Part shown: positions 39,289 to 47,558 of the stretch, one piece after another
Numbering within the stretch: position 1 is the stretch's first letter
Layout of the letters: each line of letters begins with the position of its first letter
DNA from: Dehalococcoidia bacterium
GTDB taxonomy: Bacteria; Chloroflexota; Dehalococcoidia; Bin125
DNA: 64,000 bases
Direction: 5' to 3'
Assembly: GCA_963663235.2 (NCBI GenBank)
Contig: CAXXNO010000004.1
Coordinates: 800,001-864,000 of the forward strand
The notes under the pieces: model-generated
Seen by the model: only the letters and a program-made list of their open reading frames with translations
What the model was told of the DNA's origin: nothing
Database searches by the model: none
Made by a program: the position numbers and the translations under genes

Positions 39289-39409
39289 CGTGGTCCCTCC
39301 CTCTGGTGCTAGCAGGCTACACCCGGCCCAGCGGCGGTGATCCATCGCCGGATCCCCCGTCCCTGGCCGGCCGCTTCCAGGAACCCCGGCCGGCCCGAGA
39401 AACCCCGGA

Positions 39410-39436
39410 CTGTAACGTTTGGGCCTGTCGCGTGTC
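39410..39436 (+). promoter_or_regulatory. Putative ECF sigma promoter CTGTAACG-N13-CGTGTC (copy 1)
   Basis: Identical motif and spacing recur at 41319-41345; fits the general ECF pattern of AAC at -35 and CGT at -10. Confidence 0.75.
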
Positions 39437-39492
39437 GATTCTTTAGGAGGCCCGTTTCACGGGCCGGATAAGGGGCCGGAGAGCAGGGCGCG

Positions 39493-40741
39493 ATGGCGGA
39501 CATCCCGAGTCGCGACGAGTTGGCGGCGCTGGACCTCCTTATCGAGGCACGAGCGCGCGGCGTCACGGCGGACGCCGGCGGGGTCAATGGCGAGATCTCG
39601 GTCCTAGCGGCTACGGCGCATGCGATCCGGGAGACAGCGGGCGTAGCGGAGCCGGACAGAGCCGCGACCTGGGCCAAGGTCCGCGCCGGGATGCGCACGG
39701 AGCCACGCCGCTCCCGGTGGGCGTGGCCCGTCCCCCTCAGCGGCCTGCGGGCCGTCGCATCGGCGGCGGCCGTGGTGCTCGTCGCGGTCCTGGCCACGGT
39801 GAGCGTGCTGCTCGTGTCGGACGGCACCGCCGAGGCGAAGTTCCTGGCCGCGGTGCGCGACCTGGATGCGTTCAGCGCGGAGGCCCTGGAAGACCAACGG
39901 ATCAGCGCCGACGAGGCCGCGCAGCTGGAAGAGCGCGTCGCGGCAGTCGCCGCGGCGCTCGAAGACGAGCGCGAGCGCATCCGCGACCTGGACCCGGCGG
40001 AATTGGGTGAAGCGCTCGCGACCGTGACTGCCGTTCGGGCCCAGTTGGGCCCGTTCGAGGAGGGAAGCGCGTCGGTGGCCCGCTCCGCCGCCACGCTGGA
40101 CGTGGTGTCTGACGCGGTGCAAGCCGTCATCGAACGAGCGGAGCCGGGGACCGATCGCGAAGAGGATGGCGACCGCCCCACTCAGCGCGACAGCGATGGC
40201 GAAGGCGGCGGCGAGCGCGGGGTGGACGACGCCCCGGACGCAGACGACGAGCAGAGTCAGCGCCCCAGCACCGATCCAACGGACGACGAGCGAGACGGCG
40301 CCGAGTCTGACGAGCGGACGCCCGCCGATGAGCCGAGCGACCGGCGCAGCAGCGACGAGGACGAGGCTCCGACGACGGATCGCGATGGCGCGGGAACCGT
40401 CGACGAGGAGGACGAGGCCCCGACTCGCGACCGCGAGGGCACCGTCGAGGAGGACGAGGCTCCCACCCGCGATCGCGAGGAAACCATCGACGAAGACGAG
40501 GCCTCCGACTCGCGACCCCGCGGGCGCCGTCGAGGAGGACGAGGTCCCGACTCGCGACCGCCGCGGGCGAGGTCCCGACTCGAGCACCGTCGAGGCGGAC
40601 GAGACCCCGACTCGCGACCGCGAGGGCACCGTCGAGGCGGACGAGCCTGCCACGCGGGACGGCGAGCGCATTCGCTGCGACGACGAGGCGGCGCACTCCC
40701 GCGGGGGAGACGACTGCGCAGCCCACGAGAGACGGCGGTAG
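39493..40741 (+). CDS. Putative membrane anti-sigma factor with an acidic repeat tail (+1 frameshift near 40504)
   Basis: About 85-aa cytoplasmic N-terminus, one TM (AVASAAAVVLVAVLATVSVLLV), a helical region, then EEDEAPTRDREGTV repeats that continue in another frame to TAG 40741. Confidence 0.65.
40354..40665 (+). repeat. Coding repeat of about 7 units of ~42 bp (EEDEAPTRDREGTV)
   Basis: Read directly; one unit is 43 bp long. Confidence 0.85.
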
Positions 40742-40746
40742 CCTGC

Positions 40747-41295
40747 ATGACTGCCCTTGCGGACCTGGTCCGTCGCGCCAAGGAGGGTAACGAAGACGCA
40801 TTCGCTGCGCTGTACAACGCGCGCGTGACCGGACTGTTCCGTTACGTCAACAGTCTGCTGCGGAATCCAACCGACGCCGAGGACGTGACCGCGCAGACGT
40901 TCATCGAAGCCTGGAAGAGCCTGCGGAAGTTGAGAGATCCGGAGCGCTTCGATGCCTGGTTGTTCCGGATCGGGCACAACCTGGCGTTGAACGAGCGCCG
41001 GCGGCGGCCCACGACGCCGCTGGAGAGCGCGCCAGAACCCGAAGACCCGAGCCCCGACAGCGAGCCGGAGTCCTTCGTCGAAGGCATGGGCGAAGCGCGC
41101 GCGGTCCGCCGCGCGCTGCTGCGTCTGCCGGATGCGATGCGGGAAGTGCTCACGCTGCGCTTCTTCGCCGGACTTAGTCACGCGGAAGTGGCCGCCCAGA
41201 TCGGGAAGTCGGAGAACAACGCCCGCGTCATGCAGTACCGGGCGCTACAGCAGATGCGCGGCCTCATCGAGGCCGAGGGCGTCCGCCTCAGCTAA
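40747..41295 (+). CDS. ECF-family RNA polymerase sigma factor
   Basis: LVRRAKEGNEDAFAALY, DAEDVTAQTFIEAW, FDAWLFRIGHN, region 4 REVLTLRFFAGLSHAEVA...RALQQMR. Confidence 0.92.
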   Translation: MTALADLVRRAKEGNEDAFAALYNARVTGLFRYVNSLLRNPTDAEDVTAQTFIEAWKSLRKLRDPERFDAWLFRIGHNLALNERRRRPTTPLESAPEPEDPSPDSEPESFVEGMGEARAVRRALLRLPDAMREVLTLRFFAGLSHAEVAAQIGKSENNARVMQYRALQQMRGLIEAEGVRLS

Positions 41296-41318
41296 GCGGC
41301 GCCACTCTCACGTCGGGC

Positions 41319-41345
41319 CTGTAACGAAATCGGCCGCGCCGTGTC
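41319..41345 (+). promoter_or_regulatory. Putative ECF sigma promoter CTGTAACG-N13-CGTGTC (copy 2)
   Basis: Same motif and spacing as 39410-39436; 39 nt upstream of ATG 41385, which has an AAGGAGG RBS. Confidence 0.75.
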
Positions 41346-41384
41346 TTCCTTGCGAACGGCAACAACACCGCAAGGAGGAACATC

Positions 41385-42812
41385 ATGAACCGTCAACTTT
41401 CACGTCTGTACTTTCCCGCCCGCCTCGTCATCGCGCTCGTCGGCGCCGTGGCGCTGGCGCTCACGCTGATCGCCATGCAGCCGGGCACCGCCGCCGCCGG
41501 CCAGCACGTCAGCGGCTTCTATCACGGCGAGCAAGACGACCATCGGTTCGAGCTTGCGCTGCGGCAACACGGCTCCGCCCTGAGCGGGAGTCTCCGCTTC
41601 GGGGATGAGTCGGGGGAGGCCATGACGGGGGTGATCGTGGGCACGACCGTGTTCCTGGTGCGGCACAGCAGCCCGGTGGAGGTATGGCTGGGCAGCGTCC
41701 ACGGTCACACGATGGAGGGGCGCTGGTTCAGCAGCGCCGGCGCGGGGAGTTGGTCGGCATCGGAGGTCGGCGCGCGGCTGGGGTTGGAGAAGAGCGTGTC
41801 GCCGGAGGTCATCCGCAGCGGCGTGACCACCGAGCCGGTCACGTACACGCTGGTCCTCACGAACCACAGCGATACGCCGGCGCTCGCCGTTCACTTGAAG
41901 GACGGGGGGCTACCGGACTTCTTCCGCATGCGGGAGATCACGGTGCGTGCAAGCTGGTCGGTGTCGATCGACGCGCGGCCGAACGACCTGATCGAGACTC
42001 GAGACGGCCTGCTGATCGGCAGCATCCCGCCGGGCGGGGTCGTGACGGTGGCGATCCACGGAAGCGCCAGCCCGCGACACCCCGGCACCTTCGTCAACGT
42101 GGCCAGCGCCGGAGGCAGCAACACGGTCCGAGCGCAGGCGCGGGCCGCGCTCATCGTTGCGGGGACGGCGCGCCTCGCCAACGCGTTCCAGCCGGCGACG
42201 ATTCCCGCAGGCTTCGATGAGCGGGTCACGTACACCATCAGTGTGGCGCAGGCAGGTGGTGACGGTCCGAACACCGTCGTCATCACGGACGAGACGATCC
42301 TGTCCCTCCTGCGGCAGGCCAGCGTGCAGGTGCGGGGCGCCCGGGCCGAGGGGTCGCTGGAGAGCGGCATGACGCTCTTCGCCAGCGGGAACCGGGGCAT
42401 CTTGGCTCACATCATCGTCACCGGCAGCGCCGGGCATCTGGAGCGCGGCGAGTACCCGAGCACAGCGGTGCTGACGAGCGCGGCGGGTGAGCCGATTTCG
42501 CGGGTCACGGCGCACCTGACCGTCATTGCGTGCCGCGATTCCAGCGCGCGCAGCGACCGCGTGTGCCGTGACATCGACGTCGACTGCGACGAGGATCGCC
42601 CCCGCGACAGCCTCACCGATCACGACCGCCGGTTCGACGACGATTGCGACGAGCGGCAGGACGACTGCGATGAGGATCGCGCCTGCGATAGCCTCACCGA
42701 CCGCGACCGCCGGTTCGATGACGATTGCGACGAGCGGCAGGACGAGGACGAGTGCGATGACCGCCGCAGCCTCCGGGACCGCGAGTGCGAGGACGGGAGG
42801 CCGATCGCCTGA
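41385..42812 (+). CDS. Secreted protein with DUF11-like Ig repeats and an Asp/Arg/Cys-rich C-terminal repeat
   Basis: Signal peptide; LEKSVSPEVIRSG..VTYTLVLTN...GTFVNVASA is a DUF11-like pattern with a second degenerate copy; acidic tail. Confidence 0.7.
   Translation: MNRQLSRLYFPARLVIALVGAVALALTLIAMQPGTAAAGQHVSGFYHGEQDDHRFELALRQHGSALSGSLRFGDESGEAMTGVIVGTTVFLVRHSSPVEVWLGSVHGHTMEGRWFSSAGAGSWSASEVGARLGLEKSVSPEVIRSGVTTEPVTYTLVLTNHSDTPALAVHLKDGGLPDFFRMREITVRASWSVSIDARPNDLIETRDGLLIGSIPPGGVVTVAIHGSASPRHPGTFVNVASAGGSNTVRAQARAALIVAGTARLANAFQPATIPAGFDERVTYTISVAQAGGDGPNTVVITDETILSLLRQASVQVRGARAEGSLESGMTLFASGNRGILAHIIVTGSAGHLERGEYPSTAVLTSAAGEPISRVTAHLTVIACRDSSARSDRVCRDIDVDCDEDRPRDSLTDHDRRFDDDCDERQDDCDEDRACDSLTDRDRRFDDDCDERQDEDECDDRRSLRDRECEDGRPIA
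42582..42743 (+). repeat. Coding direct repeat, 2 x 81 bp (DCDEDRxxDSLTDxDRRFDDDCDERQD)
   Basis: Read directly. Confidence 0.9.
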
Positions 42813-42841
42813 GCCAAGATCGAGGGAGAGCGACGGACAAA

Positions 42842-42869
42842 GAGGGGGAGGCCGCACGGCCTCCCCCTC
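42842..42869 (-). terminator. Intrinsic terminator-like hairpin between convergent genes
   Basis: Perfect 12-bp stem GAGGGGGAGGCC-GCAC-GGCCTCCCCCTC, followed by a short T tract on the minus strand. Confidence 0.75.
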
Positions 42870-42879
42870 CGCGCGCAAG

Positions 42880-42995
42880 CGATTCCCGCTGCGTGCGGCG
42901 ATGTGCTGGATCTATCGGGCGGAGGACATCCTCCGGCTCTCGCCGGCGATGCCGTACAAGTCGGCCGCCGCAGGGCTGCCGTTGGACGGCGGCCG
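42880..42995 (+). pseudogene. Remnant of a Glu/Leu/Phe/Val dehydrogenase gene
   Basis: Translates to MCWIYRAEDILRLSPAMPYKSAAAGLPLDGG, resembling the leucine dehydrogenase motif (R.W.Y...EDVLRLSR.MTYK.AAAGL.LGGGK). Confidence 0.65.
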
Positions 42996-43017
42996 TCGGC
43001 GAGTCCGTGGCCGAGCC

Positions 43018-44595
43018 CTAGGGAAGCGGCGCGAACGGATCGTCGGGGTCGAACGGGGCGGTGAAGTCGACACCGACGGCCGCCAGATCGCCGGTGAGAT
43101 CCTCACCCGCGGGCCGTATGCCGTCTTCGATCCAAAGGCTTAAGTCCTGCAGAGCCCGCACGAGCTCATTGGTGGAAAAGTTGCAGTGGCCCGCGCGGCG
43201 CACGGCGCGCGTCACGAGGTTGTCCGAGTATCCCGTCTGCCGAACCAGCAGCTGGTACGCGGCATCCAGCGAGATGGGGGTCTCGATATCTCCAGTCCCC
43301 TTGAGCGTGAGCAGCGGAACTTCGAGGCCGCCGGTGGCGATACCCAGAGCGGGGTCGCGCCGGGCGTCGGTGGTCGCAGCGAAACGGACGACTTCGGCGT
43401 TGAGCGCGTCGATGTCGATGGCGCCGGGCGGATCGACGGCGTAGACGACGTCCACAGTATCGAAGGCGGCGAGTGAGGAATCGTGTGAGATCACAGCGCC
43501 GGGCTGTCGCGCCTGCTCGCCCGCCAGGATGTCCGGCCAAACGATGGCCCCGAACTCCCAGTTGATCGACCAAGCGCCGGCCAGGCCCGCCAAGAAGCCC
43601 CACCGATCTCCGCCGGTGAGCGCCCGGATCACGGCGGCGAAGCGATCTCCATCAGGCGTCAGGTGGAGCTCCCCATCCTCGATGGTCCCCAAGCGCGCAG
43701 CCCAGGCCAGGATGCCGTCGCCGTCGGGGCGGGAGGGGAAGTCTCCGAGAATCCAGGCGGCCACGGCGTGCCAGGACGCGACGAAGTCCACGCCGGCGGC
43801 GTTTCCGAGCGCGCCGCAGAACGCCAAGGCGCCGTCGATCTCCTCGGGAAACTCTTGCGCCATCAGTTGAGCGGTGGCTCCGCCCATCGAGGCCCCGAGC
43901 ACATAGACTCGCCGCGGCGGGCCGACTTCCTCGACGAAGCGGTCCTTCAGCCGCAGCAGTTCGTCGACGCCGAGGGCGGGAACGAAGCCGTTGGAGCAGT
44001 AGGTGCTGGCAGCCCAGGCGTAGCCGAAGGAGGGCAGAAGACGTACGGGCATTAGGTTTCCGAAGCCCAGGGCGGGATTGAGGTCCGTGCCTTCCTCGTT
44101 GAGGCCGCTGAAGCCGTGCGCCCACAGCACCAAGGCGCCGTTCCAGTCATCGGGCACCAGGATGCGATAGGCCGCGCCGTCCAGCACGCCGAAGTAGGCC
44201 GTGGCGCCGGGCGGGGCGCTAAAGGCCGCATCGACGAGCGTGCAATCGTCGCAACGGCGGTCGGGCATGAGGAGGCGGCGCGTCTGCGGGGCCGTCGGGG
44301 GCGACGTCTCCGCCTCCGCGTCCGCCTCCGCGTCCGCCTCCCCGTCGGCGTCAACGTCCGGGCCGGCTTCCGCGCCGGCTTTCGTGCCCACACCGTTTGG
44401 GGACTCCGCAGGGGAGGAGGCCGCGGGCGCTCCGTCATCCGCTATCGCGGCCTGATCAAGCGGCGATTGTGGGGCGGGCTCTCCGCCGCCGCAGGCGGCG
44501 AGGAGCAGCGCCGCAAGGACGACGCCCGCCGCGAGCGCTGGGGTGCGTCGCGCGCCGGGGAACTGCCGCAGAGTGCCGAGCATCTGAGCGAACAC
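43018..44595 (-). CDS. Lipoprotein alpha/beta hydrolase (serine hydrolase)
   Basis: Lipobox LLAAC, low-complexity linker, PDDWNGALVLWAHG, GASMGG nucleophile elbow, GHC. Start is 44595 or ATG 44583. Confidence 0.8.
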   Translation of the reverse strand: MFAQMLGTLRQFPGARRTPALAAGVVLAALLLAACGGGEPAPQSPLDQAAIADDGAPAASSPAESPNGVGTKAGAEAGPDVDADGEADAEADAEAETSPPTAPQTRRLLMPDRRCDDCTLVDAAFSAPPGATAYFGVLDGAAYRILVPDDWNGALVLWAHGFSGLNEEGTDLNPALGFGNLMPVRLLPSFGYAWAASTYCSNGFVPALGVDELLRLKDRFVEEVGPPRRVYVLGASMGGATAQLMAQEFPEEIDGALAFCGALGNAAGVDFVASWHAVAAWILGDFPSRPDGDGILAWAARLGTIEDGELHLTPDGDRFAAVIRALTGGDRWGFLAGLAGAWSINWEFGAIVWPDILAGEQARQPGAVISHDSSLAAFDTVDVVYAVDPPGAIDIDALNAEVVRFAATTDARRDPALGIATGGLEVPLLTLKGTGDIETPISLDAAYQLLVRQTGYSDNLVTRAVRRAGHCNFSTNELVRALQDLSLWIEDGIRPAGEDLTGDLAAVGVDFTAPFDPDDPFAPLP

Positions 44596-44625
44596 TCCGT
44601 CGATAATCCTACGAGCCCAACAACG

Positions 44626-45774
44626 TCATGGTCGAACGGAGCCGAGCGTACGATCGCCGGCGGTGCGGAAGTGGTCGAGCGCGCGGGGGTCCAGCCGAAC
44701 GCCGAGGCCCGGCTCCGTCGGGACCAGCATACGGCCACACTCAATGCGGAGCGGACGTCCGAGAAGGTCCGAGGCCAGCAGCCCCGCCGTGGCCAGGCCG
44801 CACGGTGGGATCTCCCCCGGCAGCGACGCCGCCAGGTGTAGCGCCGCCGCCGTCGCGACACCGCTGTCGATGGTCGTCGTGACGACAGTGCGCAGGCCCG
44901 CCTCCGCCGCTAGCAGGGCGATCTCGCGGGCGGGCTGGAGGCCGCCCAACGACATCGGCTTGAGGACGAGCACTTGTACGGCCCGGGTGTCGAGAACGCG
45001 CTGGACGGATTCGCGATCGGTGAGGCTCTCGTCGGCCGCGATGGGCACGGCGACCTGCCCGCGCACGGCGCGCAGGCCGCGGAGGTCGGCGGCGGCGACG
45101 GGCTGCTCGACCCACTCCAGGTCATAGGGCTCCAAGGAACGGATGACAGAGACCGCCTGCTCCACGCTCCAGGCGCCATTGGCATCGAGGCGGAGGGCAA
45201 CGTGCGGGCCCAAGGCATCGCGCGCGGCAGCGACCCGATCCCGCGTCGCCGCCGCGTCCCGTTCCATGCCGACCTTCAACTTCACGGCGCGATAGCCCGC
45301 ATTCCGCGCCGCCGAAGCGGCAGCGTGCACATCGACGGGACGGACGGCCCCGACGCTCGCGTTGACCGGGACCGCGGTTGCGGCAGGCGACCCCATCAGA
45401 CCCTGCGCCGCGCTCACGCCCGCCGCCCGCGCCTCGGCGTCGAGCAAGGCGACATCCAGCGCGCACGAAACCGCCGCGCGCCCCGGGCCCTGCGGCACCT
45501 CCGCTACCGCGCGCCGGGCGGCGGCTAGATCGAGGCCAAGGAGCGTCGGGGCCAAGGAGCGAACGATCCCCTCGGCGTGGGCGGCGTCGCCTTCGCCACG
45601 CTCCGGGAGCGGCGAAGCCTCCCCGAGGCCGTCGACACCGGCGTCGGTGTGGATGCGCAGGATCAGGCCCTCGCGCACGGCGGCGACACCGTCGGGTGCC
45701 CCCGCGGTGGCGAACTCCGCGACGAAGGGCAAGCGAAACGGACTCCAGCGGAGACCGATGACGCGCACGGTCAA
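44626..45774 (-). CDS. menC: o-succinylbenzoate synthase
   Basis: GLGEASPLP, KLKVG, LRLDANGAW, EQP, ADES, VLKP; directly follows menD. Confidence 0.88.
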   Translation of the reverse strand: MTVRVIGLRWSPFRLPFVAEFATAGAPDGVAAVREGLILRIHTDAGVDGLGEASPLPERGEGDAAHAEGIVRSLAPTLLGLDLAAARRAVAEVPQGPGRAAVSCALDVALLDAEARAAGVSAAQGLMGSPAATAVPVNASVGAVRPVDVHAAASAARNAGYRAVKLKVGMERDAAATRDRVAAARDALGPHVALRLDANGAWSVEQAVSVIRSLEPYDLEWVEQPVAAADLRGLRAVRGQVAVPIAADESLTDRESVQRVLDTRAVQVLVLKPMSLGGLQPAREIALLAAEAGLRTVVTTTIDSGVATAAALHLAASLPGEIPPCGLATAGLLASDLLGRPLRIECGRMLVPTEPGLGVRLDPRALDHFRTAGDRTLGSVRP

Positions 45775-47558
45775 GCCTCGACATTGCTGTGCAATGCCCC
45801 GCGCACCCGAGCGGCGACCGCCTGCCAGATCTCGCGGTGAAGCGCGGCGTTGGCCGCGCGCTCCGTCTGGACCTCGACCAGTGCCACGCCCGGCTTGCCC
45901 AAGCTCTGGGCCACGGCGTCGCGGAAGTCGGCCGCCCGCCGAACCGGGCGGTGATCGAGACCGTAGAGCGCGGCGGCGTGGCGGAAATCGAGGCCATGCG
46001 GGGTGCCAAAGAGCTGCTCGAAGTCTTCGACCTCGTCAGCCTGCGGGAGGAAGGAGAAGATGCCGCCGCCGTCGTTGTTGATCAGCACGATGGTGGCGTG
46101 AAGGTCGTGGCGCTTCACGGCGAAGAGGCCGTTGAGGTCGTGGTAGAGAGAGAGGTCCCCGATCACCAGCACGAGCGGCCCCGGGCCGGCGGCCGCCGCG
46201 CCCAGCGCCGTGGAGACCACGCCGTCGATGCCGCTGCTGCCGCGGTTGCCCAGGACTCGCAGCGCCCGCGCGCCCCCGTGATAGAAGCCGTCGAGGTCGC
46301 GGACGGGCATGCTGTTGCCAACGAAGAGCGTCGCGCCGTCCGGCAGGAGGTCCGCGAGCTCCGTGAACACCCGCGGCTCGGAGATGCCGTCATCCCGGGC
46401 AAGGAGGTCGCGCTGGACGGCTGCCGTCTCCGCCGCACAGGTCCGCCAGCGGCCGTGCCAGGCCTCGCGCCGCCCGCGGGCCGCCGGGTCAAGCGGCGGA
46501 AGCGCGGCAGTGAGCGCGTCGCAGAGGGCGCGGGCGTCGGCGTGGAGGGCGGTCGAGGCGGCGAGCGTCGGATCGTTCCAGCCTTCGCCGTCGGTAATGA
46601 GCCATTGGGGGCAGGCGGGATCATCGAGGAACTGCAAGAGCGGCTTGGAGGTGGGGGTCGCGCCGAAGCGGAGGACGAAATCCGGCCGCAGCGCCCGGGC
46701 GGTCTCCGCATCGCGGAGAAAGGCGTCGTAGCCGGCGATCACCCGAGAGCGGTCGTGGGGCCCACAACGGACCTGGGAGAGGGGATCGGCCAGCAGTGGG
46801 AGGCCGAGCGTGGCGGCCAGCCAGGCGACCGCTTGCGGAAAGTGTGGATCGGCCTGGGGCCCACAGACGATGAGTCCGCGATCGCCGGCGCTGACGTGCG
46901 CGACGGCAGCCGCGACGGCCTCCCCATCAGGCTGACCGCCGGCATGATGCACCACGGCCGATCGGGGACGCGGTGCGTCCCGATCCGCGCCAGGCGGCGC
47001 GCTGGGGATCAGCGGCTCCCGAAAGGGGAGATTGAGGTGCACCGGCCCGGCCGGCCGGGCCTCCGCGACCGCCACCGCGCGGGCCGCGGTCAGGTCCACA
47101 TAGCGGAGCATCTGCGGGGTGGCCTCCGGCAGCGCGACCTCCACGGAGCGCTTGACCATGGAGCCGAAGAGCCGGATTTGGTCGATCGTCTGATTCGCGC
47201 CGACGTCACGCAGCTCCGGGGGGCGGTCGGCGGTCAGCACGAGCAAGGGCACGCGGCCATAGCGGGCCTCCGCGACCGCCGGGGCGAAGTTGAGCGCCGC
47301 AGTGCCCGAGGTCGAGAGGAGAGCGACCGGCTTGCCGGTCGCCTTGGCGATTCCCAGCGCGAAGAAGGCCGCCGATCGCTCATCGAGATGGACCCAGACG
47401 CGGATCGCGGGGTGGCGTTGGAACTCGAGGGCCAAGGGGGTGGAGCGGGAACCGGGGCAGAGACAGACCTGGGCGATGCCGGCGCGGGCCATCGCATCGA
47501 CGAATGCGCCCACGTATCGATGCAGCACTGCGCCGGGCGCCAGATCCGGGTCGGTCAC
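45771..47558 (-). CDS. menD: SEPHCHC synthase
   Basis: CPGSRSTPLA, DERSAAFFALG, TSGTAA, ADRP, NQTIDQ, NSMPVRD, NRGSSGIDG, GDLS, NNDGGGIF. Confidence 0.97.
   Translation of the reverse strand: MTDPDLAPGAVLHRYVGAFVDAMARAGIAQVCLCPGSRSTPLALEFQRHPAIRVWVHLDERSAAFFALGIAKATGKPVALLSTSGTAALNFAPAVAEARYGRVPLLVLTADRPPELRDVGANQTIDQIRLFGSMVKRSVEVALPEATPQMLRYVDLTAARAVAVAEARPAGPVHLNLPFREPLIPSAPPGADRDAPRPRSAVVHHAGGQPDGEAVAAAVAHVSAGDRGLIVCGPQADPHFPQAVAWLAATLGLPLLADPLSQVRCGPHDRSRVIAGYDAFLRDAETARALRPDFVLRFGATPTSKPLLQFLDDPACPQWLITDGEGWNDPTLAASTALHADARALCDALTAALPPLDPAARGRREAWHGRWRTCAAETAAVQRDLLARDDGISEPRVFTELADLLPDGATLFVGNSMPVRDLDGFYHGGARALRVLGNRGSSGIDGVVSTALGAAAAGPGPLVLVIGDLSLYHDLNGLFAVKRHDLHATIVLINNDGGGIFSFLPQADEVEDFEQLFGTPHGLDFRHAAALYGLDHRPVRRAADFRDAVAQSLGKPGVALVEVQTERAANAALHREIWQAVAARVRGALHSNVEA

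Noticed and set aside
39493-41295. 600-aa membrane-anchored sigma factor fusion from the ORF track
   Set aside because: Explained by a 1-nt insertion in a repeat unit; the repeat frame stops at 40741 and the sigma has its own ATG at 40747.
43018-44595. Alpha/beta hydrolase after menC as MenH
   Set aside because: It has a lipoprotein signal and is about 520 aa; MenH is a cytoplasmic protein of about 250-270 aa.
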